Source: an uncultured bacterium
Lineage (GTDB): Bacteria > Desulfobacterota_D > UBA1144 > Nemesobacterales > UBA2774
Direction of reading: 5' to 3'
Assembly: GCA_963825135.1 (NCBI GenBank)
Contig: CAWGRW010000009.1
Location: 1,792,001 to 1,856,000, forward strand
DNA: 64,000 nucleotides
The notes under the pieces are model-generated. The model did not search any database and was not told the origin of the DNA. It saw nothing but the letters and a program-made list of their open reading frames with translations. The position numbers and the translations under genes are program-made. Shown here piece by piece: positions 63,347 to 64,000 of the stretch (its first letter is position 1; each line of letters begins with the position of its first letter).

Positions 63347-63871
63347 TTGCAAAAAGAAAAAATTGACCCGAGCGAATTTGAGTTAAAAGAAAAGGTCGTT
63401 CACATAAGGCGTGTGGCCAAAGTAACCAAGGGCGGAAAAAGGTTTCATTTCACCGCTCTTGCGGTGGTAGGTAACGCCAGAGGCATTATCGGCGTAGGCC
63501 TGGGCAAATCGAACGAGGTGCCGGACGCTATTCGCAAGGCTATAGAGAAAGCCAAGAAGGGCCTTATACGGGTTCCCATTCAGGGAAGCACGATACCGCA
63601 CGAGGTACTCGGCGAGCACGTATCGAGCAGAGTTATGTTAAGACCTGCCGCACCCGGAACGGGAGTAATAGCCGGAGGGGCTGTGAGGGCGGTTGTCGAG
63701 CTTGCCGGAATTCATGACATACTCTCAAAGGTGGTGGGATCCACCAACCCTCTTAACGTAGTCAAGGCGGCGATCAACGGACTCTCCACGCTGAGGATGC
63801 CGGAAGAAGTCGCGCGGGTCAGGGGGAAAGACATTAGAGAATTGGATCTGCCGAAATCTTTTTTATACTGA
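63347..63871 (+). CDS. rpsE: 30S ribosomal protein S5
   Basis: [41 protein letters not shown] 63347 follows GGAGG; ATG 63335 is an alternative start. Confidence 0.97.
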   Translation: MQKEKIDPSEFELKEKVVHIRRVAKVTKGGKRFHFTALAVVGNARGIIGVGLGKSNEVPDAIRKAIEKAKKGLIRVPIQGSTIPHEVLGEHVSSRVMLRPAAPGTGVIAGGAVRAVVELAGIHDILSKVVGSTNPLNVVKAAINGLSTLRMPEEVARVRGKDIRELDLPKSFLY

Positions 63872-63872
63872 A

Positions 63873-63946
63873 GTTGTCAATTGGTAACAACCCCCCACGC
63901 AGCGGAATAATCGCCGAGGGGGAATTTGAAAAATTTTTGTAATTCA
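63873..63946 (+). other. Structured rpsE-rplO spacer (candidate hairpins) at the position normally holding rpmD
   Basis: GTTGTC-AATT-GGTAAC, then CCCCC..GCGG-AATAA-TCGC..GGGGG, then GAATT..AATTC. Confidence 0.35.
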
Positions 63947-63960
63947 GAGGGTCAACAATA

Positions 63961-64000
63961 ATGCTTAATAAGTTATCTCCCCAACCGGGTTCGAAAAAAC
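63961..64000 (+). CDS. rplO: 50S ribosomal protein L15 (N-terminal 13 codons only)
   Basis: ATG 63961 reads MLNKLSPQPGSKK, matching the L15 N-terminal LxPxxGS motif; AGAGGG RBS upstream. Confidence 0.8.
   Translation, partial: MLNKLSPQPGSKK

Noticed and set aside
1..64000. CRISPR arrays, tRNA/rRNA genes, transposases, integrases, prophage genes and in-frame Sec/Pyl recoding
   Set aside because: None seen. There are no regularly spaced repeats, and both split genes are explained by single-base frameshifts rather than stop readthrough.

Overview
A gene-dense bacterial chromosomal window with moderate GC. The protein style suggests a deltaproteobacteria-like or Ca. Dadabacteria-type lineage, but that is a weak inference. 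From left to right it contains: the 3' part of recG; a minus-strand block of a ferredoxin/FrhB-type flavoprotein, korA, korB, sucA and sucB; a GldA/F/G-like ABC system with a DUF4340 gene; aspS; three paralogous GT-C glycosyltransferases around era; an enoyl-CoA hydratase divergent from two unusual FmdB-type zinc-ribbon genes; an arylsulfotransferase lipoprotein; hisIE; rpoZ; a frameshifted hydantoinase/oxoprolinase A; a surface-glycan locus (UGM-like flavoprotein, two sulfotransferases, three methyltransferases of which one is frameshifted, GT2s, wzm/wzt, an AT-rich inner cassette); macro domain, Nudix, ssb, cupin, glmU, glmS, purD and an orphan gene; and a contiguous str-S10-spc ribosomal cluster from rpsL to the start of rplO with no rpmD. 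I saw no tRNA, rRNA, CRISPR array or transposase. The two best candidates for an undescribed system are (1) the translationally coupled FrhB/FpoF-like + KorA + KorB operon, a possible F420- or flavin-linked 2-oxoacid oxidoreductase, and (2) the tandem FmdB zinc-ribbon pair, each split by a colinear 74-aa PAS/Cache-like insert and preceded by a promoter with two perfect palindromes.
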